From positions 26,975 through 90,974 of the IMG/VR virus record IMGVR_UViG_3300028585_000019: a stretch of DNA of 64,000 nucleotides; one strand, given 5' to 3'. Source of the DNA: a virus. How positions within the stretch are numbered: position 1 is the stretch's first letter; every line of letters starts with the position of its first letter. A program made the position numbers and the translations under genes. The notes below the pieces were generated by a model that searched no databases, had not been told where the DNA came from, and was given only the letters and a program-made list of their open reading frames with translations. Shown here piece by piece: positions 23,813 through 32,354 of this stretch.

Positions 23813-26812
23813 GTGTCAGAAGATTTTCAAATCAAAGGTAACAAGGGTGGTGAGAAGAAGCAATACCAACCTGTAGAGTCTGCTGACAGTCTCCGCTCTA
23901 TTGCTAAAGCTAAGATTCTTCTTGCTCTTGGTGAGGGTGAGTTTGAGGGGGTTCCTACAGCACGAGACATTTACTTAGACGATACTCCTCTTGCTGACTC
24001 TAACGGTAATCTAAACTTTCAGAATGTAAAGTGGGAATATCGCTCAGGCTCTCAAGATCAAGAATACATTAAAGGTATGCCTTCTGTAGAGAATGAGTTT
24101 GGTTTAAACTACAATCTTCAAGTAGGCACACCATACATTCGGGCAATCACCAATACATCTCTTTCTGCTGTACGTGTTCGTATGCGCTGGCCTGCTCTTC
24201 AACAGCAACAGTCTAATGGAGATTTGACAGGAACTTCTGTAGAATACGCAATCGATATCTCTACAGATGGTGGCCCTTATGTAACACAACTACAAGAAAG
24301 TGTTGTAGGTAAGACAACCACACCTTATGAGCGTAGTAGACGTATTGATCTTCCAACAGCAACCAGTGGTTGGCAAATACGTGTCCGCAGGCTTACACCA
24401 GACAGCACTACAGCAACACTTCAGAACTCAATGTTCGTTAGCGGCATCACTGAGATTGTTGATGCTAAGCTTCGTTATCCAAACACAGCCTTGTTGTTTG
24501 TTGAATTCGATGCTGCAACATTCCAGAACATCCCTAAGATTAGTGTAAGAATCAAAGGCAGAAGTTGGCCTGTACCTAGTAACTATGATCCTGTCAATCG
24601 TATCTACTCTGGTGCATGGGATGGTACATTTAAAAGTGCTTGGACAGACAACCCTGTGTGGATTGGTTATGGGATTATGATCCATGAGAGGTTTGGATTA
24701 GGTAAGCGCATCAAAGCAAACAATATTGATAAGTGGGAGCTATACAGAATCTCCCAATACTGTGATGAACTTGTTAGTGACGGTAAAGGAGGACAAGAGC
24801 CTCGCTTCACTTGCAACGTATACATCCAATCAAGGCAACAAGCTTGGACAGTATTACGTGATATTGCAGCTATCTATCGTGGTATGACGTACTGGTCTAA
24901 GAGTATGATGACCTCTATTGCTGATATGCCTCGGGACATTGACTACAACTTCTCACGCACTAACGTAATTGACGGTAAGTTTGTTTATGCTGGCAGTAGT
25001 GAACGTGACGTCTACAGTCGTGCTATCATTGCTTATGACAATCCAGACAACCTCTACAATAGTGATACAACGGCTGTTTATGACCAAGCTTTGCAACGTA
25101 GATATGGTGACAACCTTCTAGAGATTACGGCTATTGGCTGTACTAGTGAATCTGAAGCTCAGAGACGTGGCAAGTGGGCATTGTACACCAATAGTAAGAA
25201 CCGGACAGTAAGCTTTCAGACTGGCTTGGAAGGTGATATTCCTCTGCCCGGACACATCATTGGTATTGCAGATCCTTTGCTTGCGGGTCGTCCTATCGGT
25301 GGTCGTATTCGTTCTGTTAACTCACGTTCTAGTGTTGTGCTAGACAGACCATCACAGGCTAAGATTGGTGATATTCTCATCCTTAACCTTCCAAGTGGTA
25401 TTAGTCAGGGGAGAACAGTTAACTCCGTAGCTGAAGATGGTAGAGTATTGGGTGTAACAGTTCAATATTCAGAACTTCCAGAAGCAGAGGCTCAGTGGTC
25501 TATTGATGCCCAGGATTTAGCTGTACAACAGTTTAGGGTAACTAAGGTAAGAAAAGAAGAGCCTCACATTGTTTCAATTGAAGCGGTCTTTCATGATCCT
25601 AATAAGTATGAGTTTGTTGATACTGGTGCAAGACGGGAAGACAGGCCAATTACAGTAATTCCTCCAAGCGTACAAGCCCCACCAACCAATGTCAAGATTA
25701 CAAGCAATACGATGGTTGAACAAACCATGGCTGTAACAACAATGACAATCAGTTGGGATGCTCCTGAAAACGCCGTTTACTATATTGTAGAATGGCGTAA
25801 GGATGACAAAGAGTGGATTAGGATGCCTCGCACTGGTGCAACTAGTGTTGATATTACAGGTGTTTATTCAGGACAGTATCTTGCACGAGTAAGAGCTTAC
25901 AATGCTATTGACTCTCAATCTGTACCAGCTACCTCTGTTCTTACCAATGTTGTTGGGAAAGAGGGTGCTCCTCCTGCTGTTGTAAACCTTCGTACAAGTG
26001 CTCAAGTGTTTGGTATTAAGGTTGATTGGAACTTCCCTGTTGGGGCTACAGATACCAACTATACAGAGATTCAATATAACACTAATCCTGTAGATGATGG
26101 AACAGAGCTTCTTCTGGGTACATTTGCTTATCCTCTGAACACCTACACTCAAGCAGGGCTGAGTGCTGGACAGACATTCCATTATAGAGCACGGCTTGTT
26201 GATAAGACGGGTAATATCGGCCCTTGGTCAAATTGGGTAAGTGGGAGTGCTTCTGCTCAAGCAACTGAGATTCTTGACTACCTTACTGGTCAAATTACTG
26301 AGACACAGCTTGGGTCAAACCTACTTGAGAAGATTGATTCTGGTGGTGGGGCAAGTATTGAGATTGAACAGCTCAAAGGTGAGCTTGAAGTAATGTACTC
26401 CATCAAGCTTGGTATTGACGTTAATGGTAGGTACTACGGCGCGGGCATGGGGATCGGGATCGAGAACACCCCAGAGGGTATGCAATCTCAAGTGTTGTTT
26501 GTTGCTGATAGGTTTGCAATCTTGAATCAGATTGATGGACAAGTCACAAGCCCGTTTATTGTCCAAGGTGGTAGTGTCTACATGAACTCCGCGATCATCC
26601 AAAATGCCAGCATAGACTTTTTGAAGATTAGCGACAGCGTACAGTCTAATAATTATGTTGCAGGGCAGACGGGCTGGAAGCTATACAAAAGCGGGTTATT
26701 TGAGATTAATGGATCACTCGCGGGTCAAGGTCAAATGAAGATTGATAATCAATCTGTACGAGTATTTGATTCTAATGGAACTTTAAGGGTTCGTATGGGC
26801 ATTTGGACTTAA
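23813..26812 (+). CDS. central tail tip/host specificity protein J-like
   Basis: LGEGE, YPNTA, WTDNP and EPRF motifs; FN3 domains; DUF1983-like ADRFA; terminal RVRMG. Confidence 0.95.
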   Translation: MSEDFQIKGNKGGEKKQYQPVESADSLRSIAKAKILLALGEGEFEGVPTARDIYLDDTPLADSNGNLNFQNVKWEYRSGSQDQEYIKGMPSVENEFGLNYNLQVGTPYIRAITNTSLSAVRVRMRWPALQQQQSNGDLTGTSVEYAIDISTDGGPYVTQLQESVVGKTTTPYERSRRIDLPTATSGWQIRVRRLTPDSTTATLQNSMFVSGITEIVDAKLRYPNTALLFVEFDAATFQNIPKISVRIKGRSWPVPSNYDPVNRIYSGAWDGTFKSAWTDNPVWIGYGIMIHERFGLGKRIKANNIDKWELYRISQYCDELVSDGKGGQEPRFTCNVYIQSRQQAWTVLRDIAAIYRGMTYWSKSMMTSIADMPRDIDYNFSRTNVIDGKFVYAGSSERDVYSRAIIAYDNPDNLYNSDTTAVYDQALQRRYGDNLLEITAIGCTSESEAQRRGKWALYTNSKNRTVSFQTGLEGDIPLPGHIIGIADPLLAGRPIGGRIRSVNSRSSVVLDRPSQAKIGDILILNLPSGISQGRTVNSVAEDGRVLGVTVQYSELPEAEAQWSIDAQDLAVQQFRVTKVRKEEPHIVSIEAVFHDPNKYEFVDTGARREDRPITVIPPSVQAPPTNVKITSNTMVEQTMAVTTMTISWDAPENAVYYIVEWRKDDKEWIRMPRTGATSVDITGVYSGQYLARVRAYNAIDSQSVPATSVLTNVVGKEGAPPAVVNLRTSAQVFGIKVDWNFPVGATDTNYTEIQYNTNPVDDGTELLLGTFAYPLNTYTQAGLSAGQTFHYRARLVDKTGNIGPWSNWVSGSASAQATEILDYLTGQITETQLGSNLLEKIDSGGGASIEIEQLKGELEVMYSIKLGIDVNGRYYGAGMGIGIENTPEGMQSQVLFVADRFAILNQIDGQVTSPFIVQGGSVYMNSAIIQNASIDFLKISDSVQSNNYVAGQTGWKLYKSGLFEINGSLAGQGQMKIDNQSVRVFDSNGTLRVRMGIWT

Positions 26813-26819
26813 AGCAAAT

Positions 26820-26837
26820 AAAGACAAGGAAGTCTTT
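26820..26837 (+). promoter_or_regulatory. hairpin matching the CsrA/RsmA binding consensus
   Basis: AAAGAC-AAGGAA-GTCTTT contains ACAAGGAAGT, just upstream of the RBS of 26858. Confidence 0.45.
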
Positions 26838-26857
26838 GATTTAAAGGAGAGTTTGGC

Positions 26858-27562
26858 ATGCCGGCTGGTTTACAAGTTTTCAACAATTTTGATACTGTAC
26901 AAGTAGATTCAAACTGGAGAAATTATAGTCTGGTATCTTCGCAGACAATTATTTCCAGCAATAACGCATGGGGGGAGGTAAACTACGCAGGGGCTATATA
27001 TACTACATCTAATGCGAGTGACCTCATATTTGTCTACTGTCCTTCAAGCTTCTTCCCAATATGCATTGTTCAACAAAACGGACAAAGATCATATAGGGTG
27101 GGTACAGGCGCCACTGCGGGAGTTGCTGTTACTTTTTATATTTTTCGGGAACAAGTTCCTGTAGATTCTAAATATGGACTTCAAGTTTTTAATGAAAATG
27201 GCGTATTGACTTTTGATTCATTAAGCAAGATGAATAGAATTGTTGGAGCCATACCAATTTCAGTCTCCTCTCAACCTAGTTTCTATAATTACGGAGGTGG
27301 TGGAAAATATGCAGTAATGGTTCCAAGCTTTACTGGGCAACTTATTCAACAAGATACTGGAGCTGGCCAGGGAGGCTTAGCATTTAGGATGCTTTCAACA
27401 AACTCCCCAAGAATATTGAGTCAGGGCGCCGGGATTTCTTATGAAGGTCTGGGGATATCTTCTTTAAAACAGATCCCTATACAAAATCCCAGCCCTGGGG
27501 TTATAATTAACAATTATAATGGAGCACCCTACATAGTAACAGATGTGAGAGGTTATGATTGA
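26858..27562 (+). CDS. tail tip accessory / receptor-binding protein
   Basis: Internal repeats MPAGLQVFN and YGLQVFNENG..TFDS, typical of post-J genes. Confidence 0.7.
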   Translation: MPAGLQVFNNFDTVQVDSNWRNYSLVSSQTIISSNNAWGEVNYAGAIYTTSNASDLIFVYCPSSFFPICIVQQNGQRSYRVGTGATAGVAVTFYIFREQVPVDSKYGLQVFNENGVLTFDSLSKMNRIVGAIPISVSSQPSFYNYGGGGKYAVMVPSFTGQLIQQDTGAGQGGLAFRMLSTNSPRILSQGAGISYEGLGISSLKQIPIQNPSPGVIINNYNGAPYIVTDVRGYD

Positions 27563-27858
27563 TGCAAGGCCTAGAAATTTACAACGCAGACGGGACTTTA
27601 CAATTTACAACCTCTAGTAGATTAACAAGATTTCTAGACAGCTTCAATATAGGCACTGGGGCTGGGAGTAGGGTTGTTCTTGGACTAAACACAGGCACAC
27701 CTATTGCATTTGCCTCCCCAAATATTAATAACAACACTAGCTTTTGGGGCGTACCTGTCCCAACTTTCAGTTTTAATGAATCAACTCAAACAGTTTCGTG
27801 GGGCTCTATTAGTAACCCGCAAGTATCAGGTTACTCTGTTATTATTGCGGTCTATTAA
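27559..27858 (+). CDS. small tail tip accessory protein
   Basis: QGLEIYNADG N-terminus, homologous to the repeat in the upstream gene. Confidence 0.7.
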   Translation: MMQGLEIYNADGTLQFTTSSRLTRFLDSFNIGTGAGSRVVLGLNTGTPIAFASPNINNNTSFWGVPVPTFSFNESTQTVSWGSISNPQVSGYSVIIAVY

Positions 27859-28224
27859 ATGAAAAGATTCCCGTTCACATTGCAAGTAGAACTACAACCA
27901 GATAGAAAATACTGGAAGCTTTTATCAGAGTTCACATACCTTGATCCTGATTTTGGTGACATCACAGTGGACAGAGACTTTATCTCTGATTTTGCATCTG
28001 TACCAAGGCTTCCTCTTCTATTCACTATTCTTGGTCAATATGGACACTCTGCTGCAATTATCCACGACTGGCTTTACTCTACTCAAACATTAAATAGGAA
28101 AGATTCAGATAGAGTATTTCTTAATGCTCTAAGATCTTCTGGTATTGCTAGATGGAGAGCTTGGCTTCTATATGGCGGCGTAAGGCTCTTTGGTAATAGT
28201 AGGTGGAAAGCTCACGGTAATTAA
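27859..28224 (+). CDS. DUF1353 family protein
   Basis: F.SDFASVP, AAIIHDWLY and GVRLFG motifs. Confidence 0.85.
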   Translation: MKRFPFTLQVELQPDRKYWKLLSEFTYLDPDFGDITVDRDFISDFASVPRLPLLFTILGQYGHSAAIIHDWLYSTQTLNRKDSDRVFLNALRSSGIARWRAWLLYGGVRLFGNSRWKAHGN

Positions 28225-28242
28225 TTTTATAGGAAATAAACT

Positions 28243-28893
28243 ATGAAAACAATGACAATTGAAGACTTATCTAAGCTTGCAGGAGTATCTGAGGATATTG
28301 CAGCAGTTTGGGTGAGTGCTTTGAATAACACAATGGATCGCTTTGGTATCTCAACCCCACTTCGCAGAGCACATTTCATTGCTCAGATTGGACATGAATC
28401 GGCAGGCTTCACAGCCCTCAAGGAAAACCTCAACTACAGCGTAGAGGGACTTCTTAAAACTTTCGGTCGTCATCGTATCTCTGAGGGTGCTGCTCTTGAG
28501 TATGGACGCTCTCAAGGTAAAGCTGCTAATCAAGAAGCAATCGCTAATGAGATTTATGGTGGTGATTGGGGGCGTAAGAACCTTGGTAACACGCAGAAGG
28601 GAGACGGTTTCCGATATATTGGGCGTGGCTTGATCCAACTTACAGGCAAGGCCAACTACCAAGCTGCTGAGAATAGCCTTAAGCTTGATCTTGTTAATCG
28701 TCCTGAGCGTGTTAGTGAAGACAATCTAATTGCGACATTGGTTGCATGCTGGTTTTGGCAGACTAAAGGCTTGAATGAGCTTGCTGATGCAGATGATCTA
28801 GAAGCTGTTACACGTAGGGTTAACGGGGCTTTAAATGGTATTGAAGATCGTCGTAAGCGTTTAGCAAGGGCAAAGGCTTTCTATGGAATCTGA
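28243..28893 (+). CDS. endolysin, glycoside hydrolase family 19
   Basis: FIAQIGHES, ENLNYS, GRGLIQLTG..NY and VNG..NG..DR motifs. Confidence 0.93.
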   Translation: MKTMTIEDLSKLAGVSEDIAAVWVSALNNTMDRFGISTPLRRAHFIAQIGHESAGFTALKENLNYSVEGLLKTFGRHRISEGAALEYGRSQGKAANQEAIANEIYGGDWGRKNLGNTQKGDGFRYIGRGLIQLTGKANYQAAENSLKLDLVNRPERVSEDNLIATLVACWFWQTKGLNELADADDLEAVTRRVNGALNGIEDRRKRLARAKAFYGI

Positions 28894-29215
28894 AGAAAAG
28901 AAAGAAGTTCCTCTGACTAAAGATACAGCAACAGAGATTACTATCCCATCAACCAAGTTAACAGTAGTTCCTAATTGGCGGCGTGTTTTAAGAACATATT
29001 CTTTTTGGGCCATGATTGCTTCTGCTTGCTTAGTGTTTGTAGAAAGTATCCTTCCATTTTTTGGTGTATTACAACCGTTGTTGTCAGAGGGTGTATATGC
29101 GGGGACTATCTTCTTCTTTAACCTATTAGCCGTAATTGCCCGCATGATCAAGCAGAAATCTCTGTGGGAATACCACCCTGAACAGGAGAAGCAAGATGAC
29201 AATAAACTGGATTAA
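28883..29215 (+). CDS. holin (2 predicted TM segments)
   Basis: NWRRVLRTYSFW...ARMIKQ; follows the endolysin. Confidence 0.75.
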   Translation: MESEEKKEVPLTKDTATEITIPSTKLTVVPNWRRVLRTYSFWAMIASACLVFVESILPFFGVLQPLLSEGVYAGTIFFFNLLAVIARMIKQKSLWEYHPEQEKQDDNKLD

Positions 29216-29621
29216 GCTTATTCCTTACATTGTTATCAGTATCTTGCTTGGGGCATTCTTCTTTACGTGGAATGCCTACTCATCGTCTCAGGAAGAGGTT
29301 GGTGGTCTTAAGAGTGAAGTGAATGTTCTCCAAGCTTCTCTTGAACGTCAAGTCAAAGAAGCTGAGTTGTTAAGACAATCTGCTAAAGCAACAGAAGAAA
29401 TTCTGGTTAAAGAGCAAGATAAAAGACTTGAAGTAGAACAACAACTCTCCTCTTCTAAAGCATCTATTGCTCAACTGAAGAAAGAGAATAACCTTCTTAA
29501 GCGGAGAGGAGATAATGAAAACTCAGATACTGGTGGTATTGAGCTTAGTGATGATGCTACAAGGCTGCTCTTCGAGTCCTTCTGCAGAGTCAACAAGAAA
29601 CATCCTGATTGCGCCTCCTGA
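29196..29621 (+). CDS. i-spanin (Rz-like), copy 1
   Basis: N-terminal TM segment, coiled coil, C-terminal FC.......C. Confidence 0.75.
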   Translation: MTINWIKLIPYIVISILLGAFFFTWNAYSSSQEEVGGLKSEVNVLQASLERQVKEAELLRQSAKATEEILVKEQDKRLEVEQQLSSSKASIAQLKKENNLLKRRGDNENSDTGGIELSDDATRLLFESFCRVNKKHPDCAS

Positions 29622-29817
29622 TACTATGTTAACGTACCCCTGCGTAGCTACTAGTGCTGGTACGGGTGTTGATACGTTGATGGATGGTTATATTGCTAAC
29701 AACTCCTGTCTTGAGCAATGGCAGAATAGGATGGATTCTTTAGTTGAATGGAAGAAAAAGAATATATTACTTTATGAGGGAGGGCGTTTAGATGGGAAAG
29801 ATTCACGAAGCAATTAA
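29515..29817 (+). CDS. o-spanin (Rz1-like lipoprotein), copy 1
   Basis: Lipobox LQGC; APP..L..PC; overlaps the i-spanin gene; GGAG RBS. Confidence 0.8.
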   Translation: MKTQILVVLSLVMMLQGCSSSPSAESTRNILIAPPDTMLTYPCVATSAGTGVDTLMDGYIANNSCLEQWQNRMDSLVEWKKKNILLYEGGRLDGKDSRSN

Positions 29818-30283
29818 GCGTCTTAATGATGTGTGGCTTGATTTAAGTGAGGATCATTATTTGCATGTGTGGGCTGGTATTATCACCTTGTGTGTGGGTG
29901 GAATCTTGGTCTTTATGCTCTTTTCTCAGACTGATAGAATTGACCTCCTTAAAAAAGAGAATGTGGATTTGATGCAACAGCTGAGCACAGTGAATTCAGA
30001 CCTAGCCTCACTGAAGGCACAACTGGAATCAAACTCCTCTCCTGTAATCCTCCCTCAACGACAGATCGACTCTGTGATTGAGAGTGGTACACAAGAAATC
30101 AAGGGAAAGGTAAAAGAGATTCAGGAAGAGCTTGTTAATAACCCAAACCCTGCAACACCAAAAGTATCTATCTCTCAACCCAAACAAAGTAATTCTTCAA
30201 ACACACAACTGATGAATAAAAGTTTATTAGAAGGGTTTTGTAAGGATAACGCCGCACATCAGAATTGCAGGGGAGATAATTGA
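29792..30283 (+). CDS. i-spanin-like protein, copy 2
   Basis: TM segment plus coiled coil; C-terminus LLEGFCKDNAAHQNC parallels copy 1 LFESFCRVNKKHPDC. Confidence 0.65.
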   Translation: MGKIHEAIKRLNDVWLDLSEDHYLHVWAGIITLCVGGILVFMLFSQTDRIDLLKKENVDLMQQLSTVNSDLASLKAQLESNSSPVILPQRQIDSVIESGTQEIKGKVKEIQEELVNNPNPATPKVSISQPKQSNSSNTQLMNKSLLEGFCKDNAAHQNCRGDN

Positions 30284-30510
30284 TGAGGTTAATCATTGTC
30301 TCTTGTATGATGTTAATAGCAGGGTGCAGTAATAATAAGCAAAATCTAGACATTTCTCCTTGTTATGTCAGCCCACCACCAACACTCTCCGGCAACTCCA
30401 ATACTGATTTAGTCTCTCTATCCACTGCGTGGCTTGAACAAACATCAAATCTTGGACGCTGTAATGATAAACTCACAAAAATAAGAAGCACGCTTGAAGG
30501 GGAGAAGTAG
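30283..30510 (+). CDS. o-spanin-like lipoprotein, copy 2
   Basis: Lipobox IAGC; PC, Pro-rich segment, L..CN.KL..I. Confidence 0.7.
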   Translation: MRLIIVSCMMLIAGCSNNKQNLDISPCYVSPPPTLSGNSNTDLVSLSTAWLEQTSNLGRCNDKLTKIRSTLEGEK

Positions 30511-30511
30511 T

Positions 30512-30775
30512 ATGTCGGAACAGAAGGATAAAACAATTGTAACACTACAGAATGCCTTGATATCTCTACTCTTTCTGTTAACTGGGTGGCTCTACAATGC
30601 TAATCAGAAGACAGAAGAACGTTTGTATCAGATGCAGTCTGTTGCAATGACAACAGTAGCTGCACAACAACTTGAAGATCGCCTTAGTCGTAATTTTGAA
30701 TTGCGCTTGAACGACATCAGTAACCGCCTAGACTTGATTCTTAAGCTTGTGCAACAAGGGGGGAACTCCAAGTGA
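30512..30775 (+). CDS. single-TM membrane protein (holin/antiholin-like)
   Basis: N-terminal TM segment followed by an amphipathic coiled coil. Confidence 0.55.
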   Translation: MSEQKDKTIVTLQNALISLLFLLTGWLYNANQKTEERLYQMQSVAMTTVAAQQLEDRLSRNFELRLNDISNRLDLILKLVQQGGNSK

Positions 30776-31191
30776 ACCTGATCGAGAAGCTCTCTGAAGA
30801 GAAGTACAGTGTATGGATCAGGTGGCTGTCTCTGATTTCACAAGTTGTGATTTTGATTCTTGCGCTTACGCTCCTGACTAATATTGCTACACGTCAGTAT
30901 AATTATGCTCAGATGGAAACGGTGCGCGTAGAGATATTTGATCAGATGTACAAAGACAGTAAAGAGTTTGATGAAAAACTAAAGCTTCTGAAAGAAGAGT
31001 TGACTGCCTATCAGAATACCCGAGAAGGAAGAGCTAAATTCTTTGGTGAGAAAGTGGTGGAACTTGAACATAAAATTGATCAGAACCACGAAAGGATCAA
31101 TCGAAGAGTAGACAATCTAAATACCAAGCAGAATTACTGGACTGGTAAAGTTAAGAAAGCGGAGATTGAAGCTAAACTTAAAAAGCAATAG
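30772..31191 (+). CDS. single-TM coiled-coil membrane protein
   Basis: TM segment at about residues 14-38 followed by a long coiled coil; last gene of the operon. Confidence 0.6.
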   Translation: MNLIEKLSEEKYSVWIRWLSLISQVVILILALTLLTNIATRQYNYAQMETVRVEIFDQMYKDSKEFDEKLKLLKEELTAYQNTREGRAKFFGEKVVELEHKIDQNHERINRRVDNLNTKQNYWTGKVKKAEIEAKLKKQ

Positions 31192-31200
31192 TCATAAATA

Positions 31201-31230
31201 AGGGCTCCTAAATAGGAGCCCTTTTCTTTT
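31201..31230 (+). terminator. terminator at the end of the late operon
   Basis: AGGGCTCCT-AAAT-AGGAGCCCT-TTTCTTTT. Confidence 0.85.
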
Positions 31231-31233
31231 ACT

Positions 31234-31959
31234 TTAAATAAAGTCTTCTGGAAATTGCTGATGATTTGTATAAGCATATTCACCCCGAAGTTCAACACAC
31301 TTTACATCATAAGCTCTTGCTGCGTCAACCTCAACAACAAAACACCCTAAACGATACTTGATATCATTATGTTTAATCTCAGCACACCATTTATTATTTT
31401 TCTTATCGTACCACACACCTTTATACTTAGATCTAGAGCCTTTTCTTGCTCTGGTGTTCCAAGTATTTATTTTATGGCTTGTCCACCGACAGTTCTCTTT
31501 AGAATAACCTTTGTTATTATCAATACGGTCTAATTCAAGACCCTCTTCATATCCTTCAGCCATATCCTCATAAAAGCCTAAAAATTTAATCCAGCGCACC
31601 GGAAAATCAATACCTCTTGCACCATAGTCTTTATAGCTTGGATGGCTTTTTCGGTTGCACCTTGCCTTCATGTTCTGCCAAACAGTATAGATAGGTCTAG
31701 AAGTGAACATTTCTTCACCCTCATCATACTTCTTAAGGCATCGAGATATTTTACTAACTTCTTGAAAATAACAACCGCAGCTTGTTGCATTTCCAGACAG
31801 TACAGAGAAGCACAAAGGACTGCACGTGTTCCCGCACTCACATAAACAGTCAAAGTGCTTTCTTTTTCTACCACCCTTATGCTCTAAATTACTAATAGAA
31901 AGAATAGTAAGTCTTCCAAACTTCTTCCCAATATGCTCTTCTGGTTTAACTTTAACCAT
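31234..31959 (-). CDS. HNH homing endonuclease with AP2 domain
   Basis: CLCECG..SCGC, W.NMKARC, YGARGI, LDRIDNNKGYSKENCRW, SKYKGV...AARAYD. Confidence 0.88.
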   Translation of the reverse strand: MVKVKPEEHIGKKFGRLTILSISNLEHKGGRKRKHFDCLCECGNTCSPLCFSVLSGNATSCGCYFQEVSKISRCLKKYDEGEEMFTSRPIYTVWQNMKARCNRKSHPSYKDYGARGIDFPVRWIKFLGFYEDMAEGYEEGLELDRIDNNKGYSKENCRWTSHKINTWNTRARKGSRSKYKGVWYDKKNNKWCAEIKHNDIKYRLGCFVVEVDAARAYDVKCVELRGEYAYTNHQQFPEDFI

Positions 31960-32176
31960 CTTTATTTCCTCGTCTCTCCTCATAAAAAGTATTTTTGTGT
32001 AACGATTCAAATGTATCTTTTACAGCAGCCCTATTATCTAAAACCTCATCCTTCTTGTCAAGCTCTAATTTCTTCTGCCTATCCTTTTCTTTCATTACAT
32101 CTATGAAAGCATAAATAATGACAGCGTAGATTATAATAGCTAAGACAAGATCACGCAATAATCTTTTCACAGACAA
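31952..32176 (-). CDS. small membrane-anchored hypothetical protein
   Basis: N-terminal hydrophobic stretch, charged C-terminus. Confidence 0.5.
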   Translation of the reverse strand: MSVKRLLRDLVLAIIIYAVIIYAFIDVMKEKDRQKKLELDKKDEVLDNRAAVKDTFESLHKNTFYEERRGNKDG

Positions 32177-32263
32177 GCGCTACCGGTTTGTACAAGATCA
32201 ATGCCCATAAAGCTAAAATCATATTCCATTTTGTATCCTCCATTTCGTTTAATGTTGGTGTGA

Positions 32264-32292
32264 ATTTTAGACCCGCCGGTGTGGCTTGTCAA
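32264..32292 (-). promoter_or_regulatory. sigma70 promoter
   Basis: TTGACA-17-TAAAAT on the minus strand. Confidence 0.65.
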
Positions 32293-32320
32293 CAACTATT
32301 TTCACTTTATTTTAAGCAAA

Positions 32321-32348
32321 GAAAAGCCCTTCGGTTAGGAAGGGCTTT
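32321..32348 (-). terminator. terminator after the orphan fibre gene
   Basis: AAAGCCCTTC/GAAGGGCTTT inverted repeat. Confidence 0.75.
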
Positions 32349-32354
32349 ATGACG

